A DNA stretch of 64,000 nucleotides, taken from the IMG/VR virus record IMGVR_UViG_3300027832_000010, positions 6,298 to 70,297 of that record; one strand, 5' to 3'. The translations under genes were made by a program, and so were the position numbers. This stretch comes from a virus. Below are positions 36,561 through 48,429 of the stretch, in pieces. Positions within the stretch are counted from its first letter, which is position 1, and the number at the start of each line of letters is the position of its first letter. The notes beneath the pieces were generated by a model, which saw nothing but the letters and a program-made list of their open reading frames with translations, made no database searches and was not told the origin of the DNA.

Positions 36561-36896
36561 ATGAACGACACAGTTATTAAAACTGATTACGGATACGAAA
36601 TTGTATGGGCAGACGCCGAAACATATTGTGGGAAAATTTTAGTATTTGAAAAATCAAATAGTAAAATGCCTTTGCACTTTCACAAGGATCGATCAAAAAG
36701 CTGGTTTGTTAATGCTGGTAAATTTAAAATACAATGGATAGACACTACAGACGGAAAAACGTATGCTCAAGAATTGCTAGAAGGTAGTGTATTTCACATA
36801 CCAGAACTAATGCCAGTTATGCTAGAGAGTTTAGCAGATAATAGTGCAATAGCAGAAACAAGTAATAACAACAGCAATTATTTTAGGTTAAGCTAA
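36561..36896 (+). CDS. Cupin-fold protein
   Basis: WADAETYCGKILVF, LHFHKDRSKSWFV. Confidence 0.7.
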   Translation: MNDTVIKTDYGYEIVWADAETYCGKILVFEKSNSKMPLHFHKDRSKSWFVNAGKFKIQWIDTTDGKTYAQELLEGSVFHIPELMPVMLESLADNSAIAETSNNNSNYFRLS

Positions 36897-37153
36897 TGTT
36901 AAAATTAAGTCAATCAACTAAATTTCAAAAAGAATTTAAAAGATACAAGTCTGTTATTGATAAAATAGAAAACGAATCTGTGCGCCAACGTAATTATAAA
37001 CTGTTAGACGAATTAAGACACCAATGCAATTTAATTGACGAAACACACAGTACAAATAATAAAAGTATTGATCCAACAAAAGTGCGTGAAAATGTAGAAA
37101 AAATGGTCAGTATAAGAATGACATTAAATCAACTAGTAAAAGATTTTAAATAA
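36896..37153 (+). CDS. Hypothetical helical protein
   Basis: 85-aa ORF, TAATG-coupled. Confidence 0.65.
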   Translation: MLKLSQSTKFQKEFKRYKSVIDKIENESVRQRNYKLLDELRHQCNLIDETHSTNNKSIDPTKVRENVEKMVSIRMTLNQLVKDFK

Positions 37154-38123
37154 CGCTTAATCGCTTAATAGTAATTCCGCCTACCATTGCCACGTGCAAT
37201 TGACACTGATATCTGTAAGTTCCGAATATAGATTCCGGAACTCTCCAATATAATGTTCCGCTAGATTTATCTTGAGCTGCTGCTCCGATAGATACTACCC
37301 CTGTAGTTGACACATGTACTAATCCAGTATTATAAGGAGCACCTGCAGAATCTTGTATTTGAAAAGGATGTCCAGGAACAGCACTTAAATCAAATGCAAT
37401 TGTTGTTCCTGCTAGTACATATATTGTAGGATTATTGCCTGCATAATGACTATTAAATGTATATACTGACGTTCCTACATTATCAACTCTTAGCATTGCA
37501 ATAGCAGGCTCGTATATCTTATCAATGGTTAAACTTGCAGTCGATGCGTCTGTTAATGTTGCAAACGTAGTAGAAGCGGCAGCGGAAGTGATTGTAATAT
37601 TACCTTCTGCATCGCTGCTAGTAGTAATTCCGGTGCCGCCAATAATTTGTATACTTTCGTTAGATGATATAATTCTTAATGTAGAATCATCAGCAGCTAT
37701 CGAAAATAACTCTGCAGATCCCAATGGTATTCCTGTAGATAATAATATAGCATTATCTACGTAAGCCGCTGTAGCATAACCTGCTAAACTAGGTATTGTA
37801 GGAGTATTTATTAAATCGTTATAACTGCCACTAGTTGCAACTGTTGCAAAAGTTGGTTTATTATTAACATTATCCCATTCAACTCCGCCTGTACTACTAA
37901 CTCCGGCAGCAGTTGCTTTTGCTAAAAAATTTGTATTTGAAACATTATTAAGATCAGCACGAGCAATTTCAAAACCACCGGCAATTTTTCCGTTATACAC
38001 TCGAAGGCTACTAGAATCACTATTAAAATAAACTTGACCGTTAGAACCTACGTTACGATCTAAGAAATCGTTAGGTCTTGGTATAATTCTAATTCTATCT
38101 ACAATTGGTGCTGATGACGCCAT
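37146..38123 (-). CDS. Fibre-like structural protein with C-terminal cupredoxin domain
   Basis: GQVYFN..SLRVYNG; NKPTFATVATSGSYNDLIN fibre motif; GHPF...YQCQLHVAMVG (His; Cys-x2-His-x2-Met). Confidence 0.7.
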   Translation of the reverse strand: MASSAPIVDRIRIIPRPNDFLDRNVGSNGQVYFNSDSSSLRVYNGKIAGGFEIARADLNNVSNTNFLAKATAAGVSSTGGVEWDNVNNKPTFATVATSGSYNDLINTPTIPSLAGYATAAYVDNAILLSTGIPLGSAELFSIAADDSTLRIISSNESIQIIGGTGITTSSDAEGNITITSAAASTTFATLTDASTASLTIDKIYEPAIAMLRVDNVGTSVYTFNSHYAGNNPTIYVLAGTTIAFDLSAVPGHPFQIQDSAGAPYNTGLVHVSTTGVVSIGAAAQDKSSGTLYWRVPESIFGTYRYQCQLHVAMVGGITIKRLSVI

Positions 38124-38246
38124 GCTGTTGCTGTCTCCTATATTGTATTTATTACCTACAAGCCAAAATGTATAATCAGTAAAAACTTGTACAATAAATA
38201 TGTTAGAGGAGCTAATTCATATCTAAAAGATTATTGAAAAATTGCT

Positions 38247-38254
38247 TATAAAAT
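38247..38254 (+). promoter_or_regulatory. T4-type late promoter for groES-groEL
   Basis: Exact TATAAATA, followed by AAAGGA SD and ATG 38277. Confidence 0.75.
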
Positions 38255-38276
38255 AAACAATTAAAGGAAAAGATAT

Positions 38277-40251
<1,975 letters not shown>

Positions 40252-40260
40252 ATAAGGATA

Positions 40261-40290
40261 AAAAAGCAGAGTTAAACTCTGCTTTTTTTT
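40261..40290. terminator. Bidirectional intrinsic terminator
   Basis: AAAAA-GCAGAGT-TAA-ACTCTGC-TTTTTTTT between convergent genes. Confidence 0.9.
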
Positions 40291-40726
40291 ATGGCTTAGT
40301 TGGCCACTGTGGATCCCAGGGATAACCTTGTTGTTCCGTTACATCTCGCAGTGCCTGGCGATAAGTTCCCCATTCAGCAATTTTTTCTGCGATCATTTTT
40401 TCTTGAATTGAAGGAAATTCAGTATAATCACTTTCAACAAGTAATTGAGTTCTCTTCTTGAGAGCCGCTTCTTCCAATTCTAGCTGATTGGGCGGTATTG
40501 TAATATACCACTCCCCAATTCCTTCAGTAAGTTCGCCGAACTCGCCGGCCTTCAACCGAACATACATGTCAGACTGAAAACTATCGCTAAACGCTTCAGT
40601 TGCATAAAATGGAATCGAATTCTGACATCCTTTAAACAGTACGGTACACCAAACTGCATCTACGCCTAGCATACTAGCAGCCTTAGTAACTTCTTGAATA
40701 TCATCTATTGTAAATACCTTTGACAT
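40289..40726 (-). CDS. Tail fibre assembly chaperone-like protein
   Basis: C-terminal KRTQLLVESDYT...WGTYRQALRDVTEQQGYPWDPQWPTKP. Confidence 0.8.
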   Translation of the reverse strand: MSKVFTIDDIQEVTKAASMLGVDAVWCTVLFKGCQNSIPFYATEAFSDSFQSDMYVRLKAGEFGELTEGIGEWYITIPPNQLELEEAALKKRTQLLVESDYTEFPSIQEKMIAEKIAEWGTYRQALRDVTEQQGYPWDPQWPTKP

Positions 40727-40752
40727 AATTCCTCCTAGTATTAATTGTATCT

Positions 40753-41358
40753 CTAGTTATTTATCCCAGTTGTTAATACTCCTAGTTTTGGGCGTTTATC
40801 AAACGCATATTCTGGGTAAAACGGGCCATTGACATCGATATAGTGAAAAAATGCCTGCACTTGATAGCTGGTGTTACTTGCTACAAACGGATCTCTCCAA
40901 TGCTCAACATCACATCCTCTATAAATTATAGCATCTCCCGGATCTTGATTAATTAACATATCAGGTTCAACATACATCCCCCAACGATAATCTGCAGGGG
41001 TTGATTTATAGTTAAATCCAAAACATACAGTTGTGCTTATTTCGCAACTTGGCCTATCTCGATGTCTATGCAACTCCATACCTGGTCGATATACGCGGTA
41101 ATATGTATAAGTGGGACATAGTTTTAAACCGGTATTTTTTTCCATGTGCGGTTGCAAAAAATGTATCATTGTTTCCATTAATGTATCGCCGTAGACTGAA
41201 TGAGAATTTTCTACTTGCGCAGTAGTACCTAAATCTGGTGAAAATTCTGTTTCTTCTTTTAGTAGAGCGTATCGTGTAATTATACGGCATAAATCAATAG
41301 GAACTAATTTTTTTACATCAATGTATTTGTTTTTTTTAAATAGATCTGGGTTATTCAT
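40753..41358 (-). CDS. 2OG-Fe(II) oxygenase
   Basis: HRD (HxD), EISTT, HWR, QAFFHY. Confidence 0.85.
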   Translation of the reverse strand: MNNPDLFKKNKYIDVKKLVPIDLCRIITRYALLKEETEFSPDLGTTAQVENSHSVYGDTLMETMIHFLQPHMEKNTGLKLCPTYTYYRVYRPGMELHRHRDRPSCEISTTVCFGFNYKSTPADYRWGMYVEPDMLINQDPGDAIIYRGCDVEHWRDPFVASNTSYQVQAFFHYIDVNGPFYPEYAFDKRPKLGVLTTGINN

Positions 41359-42143
41359 TTAAATGGTGCTCCTAAACTCCAGCTAACTAAACTATATCTA
41401 GTACCGCAAGTAACTGGTGTTACTTGATGAGGGACGTGTGAAGGAAATACTATAATTGATCCTTTTGGTCGAATTTCAGTACAAGTATGATATTGATCTG
41501 GGCGATGCGCTCCTAAATCAAATTTTAAGTTACCTCCTTCATAGTCGTCGGGATTGTTAAGGCTAATAGTTACACTAAGTTTGCGTATTTTTCCAATCAT
41601 ATTGGAATTATCTGTTGCCTGATGATCCTCTGGAGATGTTTCTCCAAAATGATTAGTATACGGAGATCCGTTGGTATTTTTACGAATGGAGTCAACTTCA
41701 GGGTTAAATAGTCGATACGGCAATTCTGATGAATCAGAATGCCAACCGTAGAATTGATCAACACTGTACTTTGTAAATTGCATGTCTTCGGTATAATCCC
41801 AATCAAAGTTCCAGGCAGCACGCTGATTGGCTTCTCGAATAAAAGGCCATACAAGATCATATAAATTTGGATCATTTAAAAATGTTACCGACGAATCTCT
41901 AAGATATACATTATCAATGTCAATGCCTTTGTTAACCAAATTTGCAGCAGTTTCAGTGTTTGAAGGAATTTTATCCTTACCAGCTTGCTTTTGTCTCCAT
42001 CCTCCAGTTGTTCCTGCTATTACATGGTCTCCAAATTTTTTACGCTCGTCGTGCATTTTCCTTAAACCCATTTCGACTATTTGGTCGCAGATATATTCGG
42101 GAATTGCCGATTTAAAGTACCAGTAATGATATTTTAGTATCAT
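41355..42143 (-). CDS. Prolyl-4-hydroxylase-like 2OG-Fe(II) oxygenase
   Basis: WHSD, RKLSVTISL, YEGG, FPSHVPHQVTPVTCGTRYSLVSW. Confidence 0.92.
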   Translation of the reverse strand: MILKYHYWYFKSAIPEYICDQIVEMGLRKMHDERKKFGDHVIAGTTGGWRQKQAGKDKIPSNTETAANLVNKGIDIDNVYLRDSSVTFLNDPNLYDLVWPFIREANQRAAWNFDWDYTEDMQFTKYSVDQFYGWHSDSSELPYRLFNPEVDSIRKNTNGSPYTNHFGETSPEDHQATDNSNMIGKIRKLSVTISLNNPDDYEGGNLKFDLGAHRPDQYHTCTEIRPKGSIIVFPSHVPHQVTPVTCGTRYSLVSWSLGAPFK

Positions 42144-42757
42144 TTAAATATTGCTCCATGAACATGTCCTACTATAATACGTTTAACTCCATTAGTTACA
42201 GCGTTAATTTTGTAAGGCATGTATGATGGAAAAATTAAACAAGCGCCTTGATCGTTCAATTCCGATTGTGATGTATCGATATTTAAAAATTCAATATCAC
42301 CGCCATTGTATGTTGTAGGATCAGACAAATTGATTATAAAGGTAATTTTTCTAGAAGGGGCCATCGGCGTTAATTCTAAATGCATGTTATAGAAATCGTC
42401 TTCTGAATATGTAAATACTTGGGGGAAGTCTTGGTCAATAATTCCTATAAGATTGAAATCGTAAATTTCGGTATTTGCATTTTTTGTAATTTCTCTAATA
42501 TTTAGAAAAGGAAATCCAGCAGTGTCGCCGCGCAACTTTTGTCTTTTAGATTGATGAAATTCTTTAGATCCTATAACAGTTGACGGTAGCCATAATTCTT
42601 CAACGCAAGTAGATAGAATCTGATCACACTCGTCCTTAGAAAACATCATAGCTTTATTGATTGATGTAATTTCTAATGTTGGTATGTTTGTTGTAACGAG
42701 TTCTGCCGGGTCAGTAAAATTACTGTCGGACAAAGTTTCTAGATTGTCAGTAGTCAT
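42140..42757 (-). CDS. Prolyl-4-hydroxylase-like protein with degenerate iron triad
   Basis: HLE instead of HxD; FPSYMPY has Tyr where the neighbour has the distal His; start moved to ATG 42757. Confidence 0.75.
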   Translation of the reverse strand: MTTDNLETLSDSNFTDPAELVTTNIPTLEITSINKAMMFSKDECDQILSTCVEELWLPSTVIGSKEFHQSKRQKLRGDTAGFPFLNIREITKNANTEIYDFNLIGIIDQDFPQVFTYSEDDFYNMHLELTPMAPSRKITFIINLSDPTTYNGGDIEFLNIDTSQSELNDQGACLIFPSYMPYKINAVTNGVKRIIVGHVHGAIFK

Positions 42758-42896
42758 TGAGGCACTCCAATTTGTTGTGTTGATGTTTATTCTAATATTT
42801 ATTAGTTTACATAGACTAGTATGTAAATTATGAGTTATCGCTTTCAACATTGTGTAACTAGCAGCTTAATAAATACTTCATAATAGAAGGTAAAAA

Positions 42897-43508
42897 ATGA
42901 GTACCCCGATTTTAACAGACTCAAGTATAACACATGCTCAAGTTCAAGTAACGCCTCGAGAGAATGAATTTATTGAACATTATGTGTTAGGGCCGCACTT
43001 TCCTTGGTTCTGGCAAGATCATCAGACATTTAAAGACGATCCAAACTTACCTTTAGAAATTAAAGAAAATCTTAAGTTTTATAACGGACCGTTCTTAAGT
43101 CATACACTACTACATCGATTCGAGGATGAGAGTGTAAAGCATACCGAACGAGATAGTAAACACATTAGTACACATTTTGAGTTTTTTTTAGAAATATTTC
43201 ACCGATTTATGTCCAACAATGGGCTTAAATATAGTAATATATTTAGAGCAAACTTAAATTTAACTTGGCACTCTAGCGACTTACATTCAGCACCCCATTT
43301 AGATCATACCTGGCCGCATAATAATTTTATTATGTATCTTACTACTTGTAAAGACGGACATACAATTATATGGTCAGAAGATTTTTTAACAAGCTACATG
43401 ATACCGTGTGAAAAATATATTGCAGCAACTTTTAGACAACAATGGCATGCACAGAGATACCCTGCACCAAGTTCTAAGCGAGTTGTATTAGTAATTACAT
43501 ATATATAA
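42897..43508 (+). CDS. 2OG-Fe(II) oxygenase
   Basis: PHLD, QWHA, RVVLVITY; ATAAATA at 42869-42875. Confidence 0.8.
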   Translation: MSTPILTDSSITHAQVQVTPRENEFIEHYVLGPHFPWFWQDHQTFKDDPNLPLEIKENLKFYNGPFLSHTLLHRFEDESVKHTERDSKHISTHFEFFLEIFHRFMSNNGLKYSNIFRANLNLTWHSSDLHSAPHLDHTWPHNNFIMYLTTCKDGHTIIWSEDFLTSYMIPCEKYIAATFRQQWHAQRYPAPSSKRVVLVITYI

Positions 43509-43523
43509 TATTAGGAAATTTAA

Positions 43524-45083
43524 ATGAATATAGTTATTGTTGGCGGAGGAACAGCTGGATGGGCAACTGCTATGATGGCTGCTAAACGACATCCAGCCCA
43601 TAGTGTCACAGTTATAGAATCTTCTAAGATTGGAATTATTGGGGTCGGCGAAAGCACTACTGGTCGTATGACTGACTTACTGATGAACTTGTTTGACGAT
43701 TATGGCTGTGACATGAATGAGTTTATCGAAGAAACTGGCGCAACTTTAAAATATGGTATTGAGCACAAAGGATGGACTGATAATATTGATCAGTCATACT
43801 TTGGTCCTATTGACGGTAGTTGGACACACGCTAGTGCTCCTGATCCTATATTTTCTTGGGGACTTAAAAAGTTATCGCATGATAAATTACTAACTACTGC
43901 AAAATGTGGATATTGGATTGATAACGGTATATCAACTTTTAACAGAGATACTATGTCATTCTTAACTCCTAATAATGCTATGCATGTAGATGCGCAGTTA
44001 GTAGGAGAATATTTCAAAAGAAAATGTTTAAATAATACAAATGCTAGACATATCGACAGTGAAGTGGTAGACGTTAGTCTTGATTCAATTACAGGAAATA
44101 TTAAAAGTGTTAAATTGCGCAGCGATGAGATAGTCAATGGTGATTTTTTTATCGACTGTACTGGATTTTCAAAAGTATTAATGAATAAATTAGATAGCAA
44201 ATGGATAGGGTATCGAGATCAACTGCCGCTTAATACTGCTATTCCTTTTTGGCTGGATTATGAAAAAGATGAGATACCAGCTATTGCTTCTGTTGCGTGG
44301 GCACAAAAAAACGGATGGATGTGGCAAATTCCGCTGATGGATCGTAAAGGGGCGGGCTATATATTTGATGATAGATTTACTACTGTCGAAAAAGCTCAAG
44401 AAGAAGTTGAAACAATATTAGGTTGCCCGGTCGACGTACGAAAGGTTATAAAGTTTGATGCAGGTCGACAAGAATCATCTTGGATTAAAAATTGTCTGGC
44501 TATTGGTCTATCGTCAGCATTTTTAGAGCCATTAGAAGCAACTTCGATTCATTCAACAATTGTACAAGCACACATGTTCTTGTATCAATACGTAAAACCC
44601 ACGATCGAAGAAACATTAAACGACGGTGCAAGAAAAATTCACAATCAACGAGTTCGTCAGATGTATGACGATATCAAAGATTTCTTAGTCATGCATTATA
44701 TGGGTGGAAGAAGCGATAGTGACTTTTGGAAGTACGTTAAATTTGATATTGACAAACCAGAGTATATATTGAATCTTGTTGAGTTGTCAAAATCAGGGAT
44801 GCCTAATACGCACGAATTTCCTAGCTATCAGGGATCAGCAGGTTGGCCTCTTTATAGTTATGTTATGGCAGGGCTTGGGCTGATAAACAAAGAAGCTGCA
44901 TATGCAGGATTAAATTTTAATCTTTCAGGATATGGCAATTGCGAACAGGCAGCTGCCCATGCATATTATGAATTACAAGATACATGGAAACAAGATGCTA
45001 AAGCCTGTTTAACCTACAAAGAATTTATTCAACATTTTAGAGAGTTAAGATTTAAAAATGGCTTTTCAAATAAACAATATTAA
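43524..45083 (+). CDS. Flavin-dependent tryptophan-halogenase-family enzyme 1
   Basis: GGGTAG, GVGEST, ATLKYGI (catalytic Lys), GWMWQIP, FLEPLEATSI. Confidence 0.92.
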   Translation: MNIVIVGGGTAGWATAMMAAKRHPAHSVTVIESSKIGIIGVGESTTGRMTDLLMNLFDDYGCDMNEFIEETGATLKYGIEHKGWTDNIDQSYFGPIDGSWTHASAPDPIFSWGLKKLSHDKLLTTAKCGYWIDNGISTFNRDTMSFLTPNNAMHVDAQLVGEYFKRKCLNNTNARHIDSEVVDVSLDSITGNIKSVKLRSDEIVNGDFFIDCTGFSKVLMNKLDSKWIGYRDQLPLNTAIPFWLDYEKDEIPAIASVAWAQKNGWMWQIPLMDRKGAGYIFDDRFTTVEKAQEEVETILGCPVDVRKVIKFDAGRQESSWIKNCLAIGLSSAFLEPLEATSIHSTIVQAHMFLYQYVKPTIEETLNDGARKIHNQRVRQMYDDIKDFLVMHYMGGRSDSDFWKYVKFDIDKPEYILNLVELSKSGMPNTHEFPSYQGSAGWPLYSYVMAGLGLINKEAAYAGLNFNLSGYGNCEQAAAHAYYELQDTWKQDAKACLTYKEFIQHFRELRFKNGFSNKQY

Positions 45084-45708
45084 AAACGAAATACTCGTTA
45101 TAGATAATGTTGTGCCTGCTACTTTTCAACTAGCAATTATCAATAGAGTACAAGGTGTAAATCATTTCCCATGGTTTTTACTACATCGTATCGGACATCC
45201 TGATCACTATGGGATAGGAACAACTTCTAATTATGTTGATCCAAATATAACTGATGACGTTGGGTTCTTTCATATGGCATTTGATGGTAAAACTACTTCT
45301 CCTCATTATGATTTTTTTAGAACAATTTTAGAATTTTTTGCAGAGAAAACAAATATCAATGTAGGAAATTTACTAAGAATAAGACTTCGTTATACACATA
45401 AAGGGCAAGGTCATACTGAGCACAAATATGCAGCCCCACATGTGGATTTTAATACTGGAAAACCTTACAGTACGCTTATCTATTATGTAGATGACAGCGA
45501 TGGCGATACTATTATATTTGATAAAATTTTTGATTCTACTCAAGAAATATATAATCCAGCATCGGCTGATCCTCTACCAGAGTTGCTAAGGATAACTCCT
45601 AAAAAAGGGTCAGCATTATTTTTTAACGGACATCGATATCATGCAGGAAATTATCCAATAACCTGTAGTTCTAGAATAGTAATTAATTTTGACTTTGAGC
45701 AACTATGA
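45058..45708 (+). CDS. 2OG-Fe(II) oxygenase
   Basis: PHVD, SDGDT, RYHAG, RIVINFDF. Confidence 0.85.
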   Translation: MAFQINNIKNEILVIDNVVPATFQLAIINRVQGVNHFPWFLLHRIGHPDHYGIGTTSNYVDPNITDDVGFFHMAFDGKTTSPHYDFFRTILEFFAEKTNINVGNLLRIRLRYTHKGQGHTEHKYAAPHVDFNTGKPYSTLIYYVDDSDGDTIIFDKIFDSTQEIYNPASADPLPELLRITPKKGSALFFNGHRYHAGNYPITCSSRIVINFDFEQL

Positions 45709-46361
45709 CACATCCGTATAAAAACTATTTCATTTGCAGAGATAGCTATTTTGAAAAACCAGAAGATGTTATTGAATTATCAAAAACTCTAAACTACGCT
45801 AGATCTACATATTATCCAGGAGAGCGTACTGGCAACTTGTTAGGATTTGAAGATCCGGAAATTAAAAAATTTGCCGACTGGTTTGCCAATAGACTTAGTC
45901 ATGATATATTTCCAGGTATTAGCATGTATGAATTATATCTATGTTTTCATGTTAATGTTCCTTGTAGTGATCCGCGCTATAATAAAGGATGGATACATAA
46001 TGATTACGGAAATCTAGCAGGATTAGTATATCTAACACCAGGCGAAGACAACCTAAATACAGGAACTTCAATTTTTAACAGCGACGTTAATGAATTATCA
46101 AATATTGAAGAATTGAAAACTGATGCTGCTGCATTAAAAGAGTTTTATCTTTACAATAAGATCACACCCGAGTTTATTACAGGTTTTGAAAATAATCGTC
46201 AAATGTTTGAGGATCAAGAAACTATTAGGATAGGCAATAAATTTAATAGAATGATTGCATACGACTCTAAATTTTGGCATAGACCTAATAGCTTCACTAC
46301 AACATTAAATACCCCTAGACTGTCGCTACTGTTTTTTGTATCACAATTTAATTATAACTAA
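45705..46361 (+). CDS. 2OG-Fe(II) oxygenase (DUF6445-like)
   Basis: YPGER, WIHND, AGLVYLTP, FNRMIAY..FWH. Confidence 0.8.
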   Translation: MTHPYKNYFICRDSYFEKPEDVIELSKTLNYARSTYYPGERTGNLLGFEDPEIKKFADWFANRLSHDIFPGISMYELYLCFHVNVPCSDPRYNKGWIHNDYGNLAGLVYLTPGEDNLNTGTSIFNSDVNELSNIEELKTDAAALKEFYLYNKITPEFITGFENNRQMFEDQETIRIGNKFNRMIAYDSKFWHRPNSFTTTLNTPRLSLLFFVSQFNYN

Positions 46362-46384
46362 GTAGTAAACAGGACATATTATAA

Positions 46385-47851
46385 ATGCACACATTAAAAA
46401 AGATTTCAGTAGTTGGTGGGGGGACCGCAGGATTTGTTTCTGCGTTGATTCTAAAAACTCGTTTCCCTCATTTAGACATTAATATTATCCGATCTAAAAA
46501 AATTGGAATCATCGGAGTAGGCGAAGGTAGTACAGAGCACTGGAATGAATTCATGCAGTATATCGGAGTTCCGTTTCAAACTATTATTAAAGAATGCGAT
46601 GCTACCTTTAAATGTGGAATTATGTTTAAAGGATGGGGAGACGATTATATGCATAGTATTGGGCCAGAAAATGATATTAAAAATGGACAATATGCATCGG
46701 TCTATGGCAAATTAATTGGAGAGCAATCTCCTGCAAAAACAATAAATCCTAGTTTTTCTTGGAATAGCAGAGTATATGCAAATAGATTAGACCCTGCTTC
46801 TGGGTCTCCGTGGAATCAATATCATTTCAATACCAGTAAACTTAACGATTTTTTATTAAAGGTATCCCTTAATAAAGGTATTACTATGGTAGACGACGAA
46901 ATACTAGATGTTGTATTGTCTGAATCTGGAGAGATAGATTATCTTGTTGGCGAACTAGCCCAATATCCTGCTGATTTTTATATTGATAGCACAGGATTTA
47001 GTAAAGTATTAATATCAAAGTTAGGTGCCAAATGGCAATCGTACGGCGAATATCTCAAAATGAAAGCTGCTATTGTATTCCCATTGGGAGATACTGACGA
47101 GTATAATATGTGGACCCTGGCACAAGCAATGGACTATGGTTGGATGTTTAAAATTCCGGTATGGGGTCGTAGCGGAAATGGATATATTTTTGATAGTGAT
47201 TATATAACTCCGGAGCAGGCTAAGGAAGAAGTTGAAAAATTACTAGGGCACGAAATTCAAGTTGCAAAAACTCTTAAATTTGATCCGGGCTCATTAGATC
47301 GAGTGTGGATTAAAAATTGTTGCGCAGTTGGGCTGAGCGCTAGTTTTGTTGAACCGTTAGAAGCTACTAGTATAGGTACAAGTATTCAACAGGCATTTTT
47401 ACTAATGCACCGATTGCCAAATTATGACGAAGCAACAATAAACAAATATAATAAAGATGTTAACGATATCTTAATTAACATTAGAGATTTTGTTATATTG
47501 CACTATATTACAAAAAAAGATAATACTCAATTTTGGCGTGATATACAAACAATGCCAGTTCCAGAAAGTCTTACAGAAAATTTAAAAAAATGGCGTAAGA
47601 ACTTGCCTATTGCTGATGACTTTAAAGGCACTACTGATTACAAATTATTTAGCGAAGCGCATCATATTCATATCCTTGCTGGATTAGACCTGTTTGATAC
47701 AGAGTTAATTAGACAAGAATACAATATGATGCATCCAAAGATAAAAGAACAGGCTGAAAATTTTATTAGAGAAACAAGAACATTTGAAAAAATAAACCCT
47801 ACCGTAGGACACAAGCAGTACATTGCCCATGTTCGTAGTACCAAATATTAA
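46385..47851 (+). CDS. Flavin-dependent tryptophan-halogenase-family enzyme 2
   Basis: GGGTAG, GVGEGS, ATFKCGI, GWMFKIP, FVEPLEATSI. Confidence 0.92.
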   Translation: MHTLKKISVVGGGTAGFVSALILKTRFPHLDINIIRSKKIGIIGVGEGSTEHWNEFMQYIGVPFQTIIKECDATFKCGIMFKGWGDDYMHSIGPENDIKNGQYASVYGKLIGEQSPAKTINPSFSWNSRVYANRLDPASGSPWNQYHFNTSKLNDFLLKVSLNKGITMVDDEILDVVLSESGEIDYLVGELAQYPADFYIDSTGFSKVLISKLGAKWQSYGEYLKMKAAIVFPLGDTDEYNMWTLAQAMDYGWMFKIPVWGRSGNGYIFDSDYITPEQAKEEVEKLLGHEIQVAKTLKFDPGSLDRVWIKNCCAVGLSASFVEPLEATSIGTSIQQAFLLMHRLPNYDEATINKYNKDVNDILINIRDFVILHYITKKDNTQFWRDIQTMPVPESLTENLKKWRKNLPIADDFKGTTDYKLFSEAHHIHILAGLDLFDTELIRQEYNMMHPKIKEQAENFIRETRTFEKINPTVGHKQYIAHVRSTKY

Positions 47852-48429
47852 CTAAAGTTCATTGCAATTGATATTCTTGGATCTACATTTGTTCCTTGTT
47901 CTACACAATGTCGAAGATACGCTCTAAATATAATCAATGTACCTGAAGTTGGAGTGTATGAAATCCTAGAATAACTTAATGTATTCTTTTTAGTGAGACT
48001 TTTAAGTGGGAACATATCTGGTTCTTTAGGATCTTCAAATATTATTCGGCCTGAGCCTTCTGGAGCAACAGGGTAATATACAGCACTAAAAATATTTGCA
48101 TTGTGCGTGTGAAATTCTTGCCAGGATTCTTTATTAGAGATATTCATCCATGCGTAGTTAGTTTCATAAGTCCCATCACAGTTATGCATCTTTGCAAATT
48201 TATGTACATGCTGAGTTGTAGCTGCAATAAGTGGATGTATTACTGGGTCGTCAAGAAGATTATGTGTTTGGTGAGTGTTATACGTTCCCCCTAACCACTC
48301 TAATCCTCCGCTAGGAGTATGTTTCTGAATGTCTAAACAATGTTGTTTAATTTTTTCATTTTCTTCAGCAGACATTAGAGCATCTTCTGTATAAACAGCT
48401 ACTGGAAACCACATTTCAATTTTTTGCAT
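47848..48429 (-). CDS. 2OG-Fe(II) oxygenase (TIGR02466-like)
   Basis: FHTH, FSAVYY, FRAYLRHCV, RISIAMNF; start at ATG 48429 or 48432. Confidence 0.85.
   Translation of the reverse strand: MQKIEMWFPVAVYTEDALMSAEENEKIKQHCLDIQKHTPSGGLEWLGGTYNTHQTHNLLDDPVIHPLIAATTQHVHKFAKMHNCDGTYETNYAWMNISNKESWQEFHTHNANIFSAVYYPVAPEGSGRIIFEDPKEPDMFPLKSLTKKNTLSYSRISYTPTSGTLIIFRAYLRHCVEQGTNVDPRISIAMNFS

Noticed and set aside
42758-42850. ORF-track N-terminal extensions (also 4576-4611, 31341-31382, 34522-34566, 48433-48516, 49642-49707)
   Set aside because: Longest-ORF artefacts overlapping promoters or neighbours; internal ATGs fit SD, promoter or coupling signals better.
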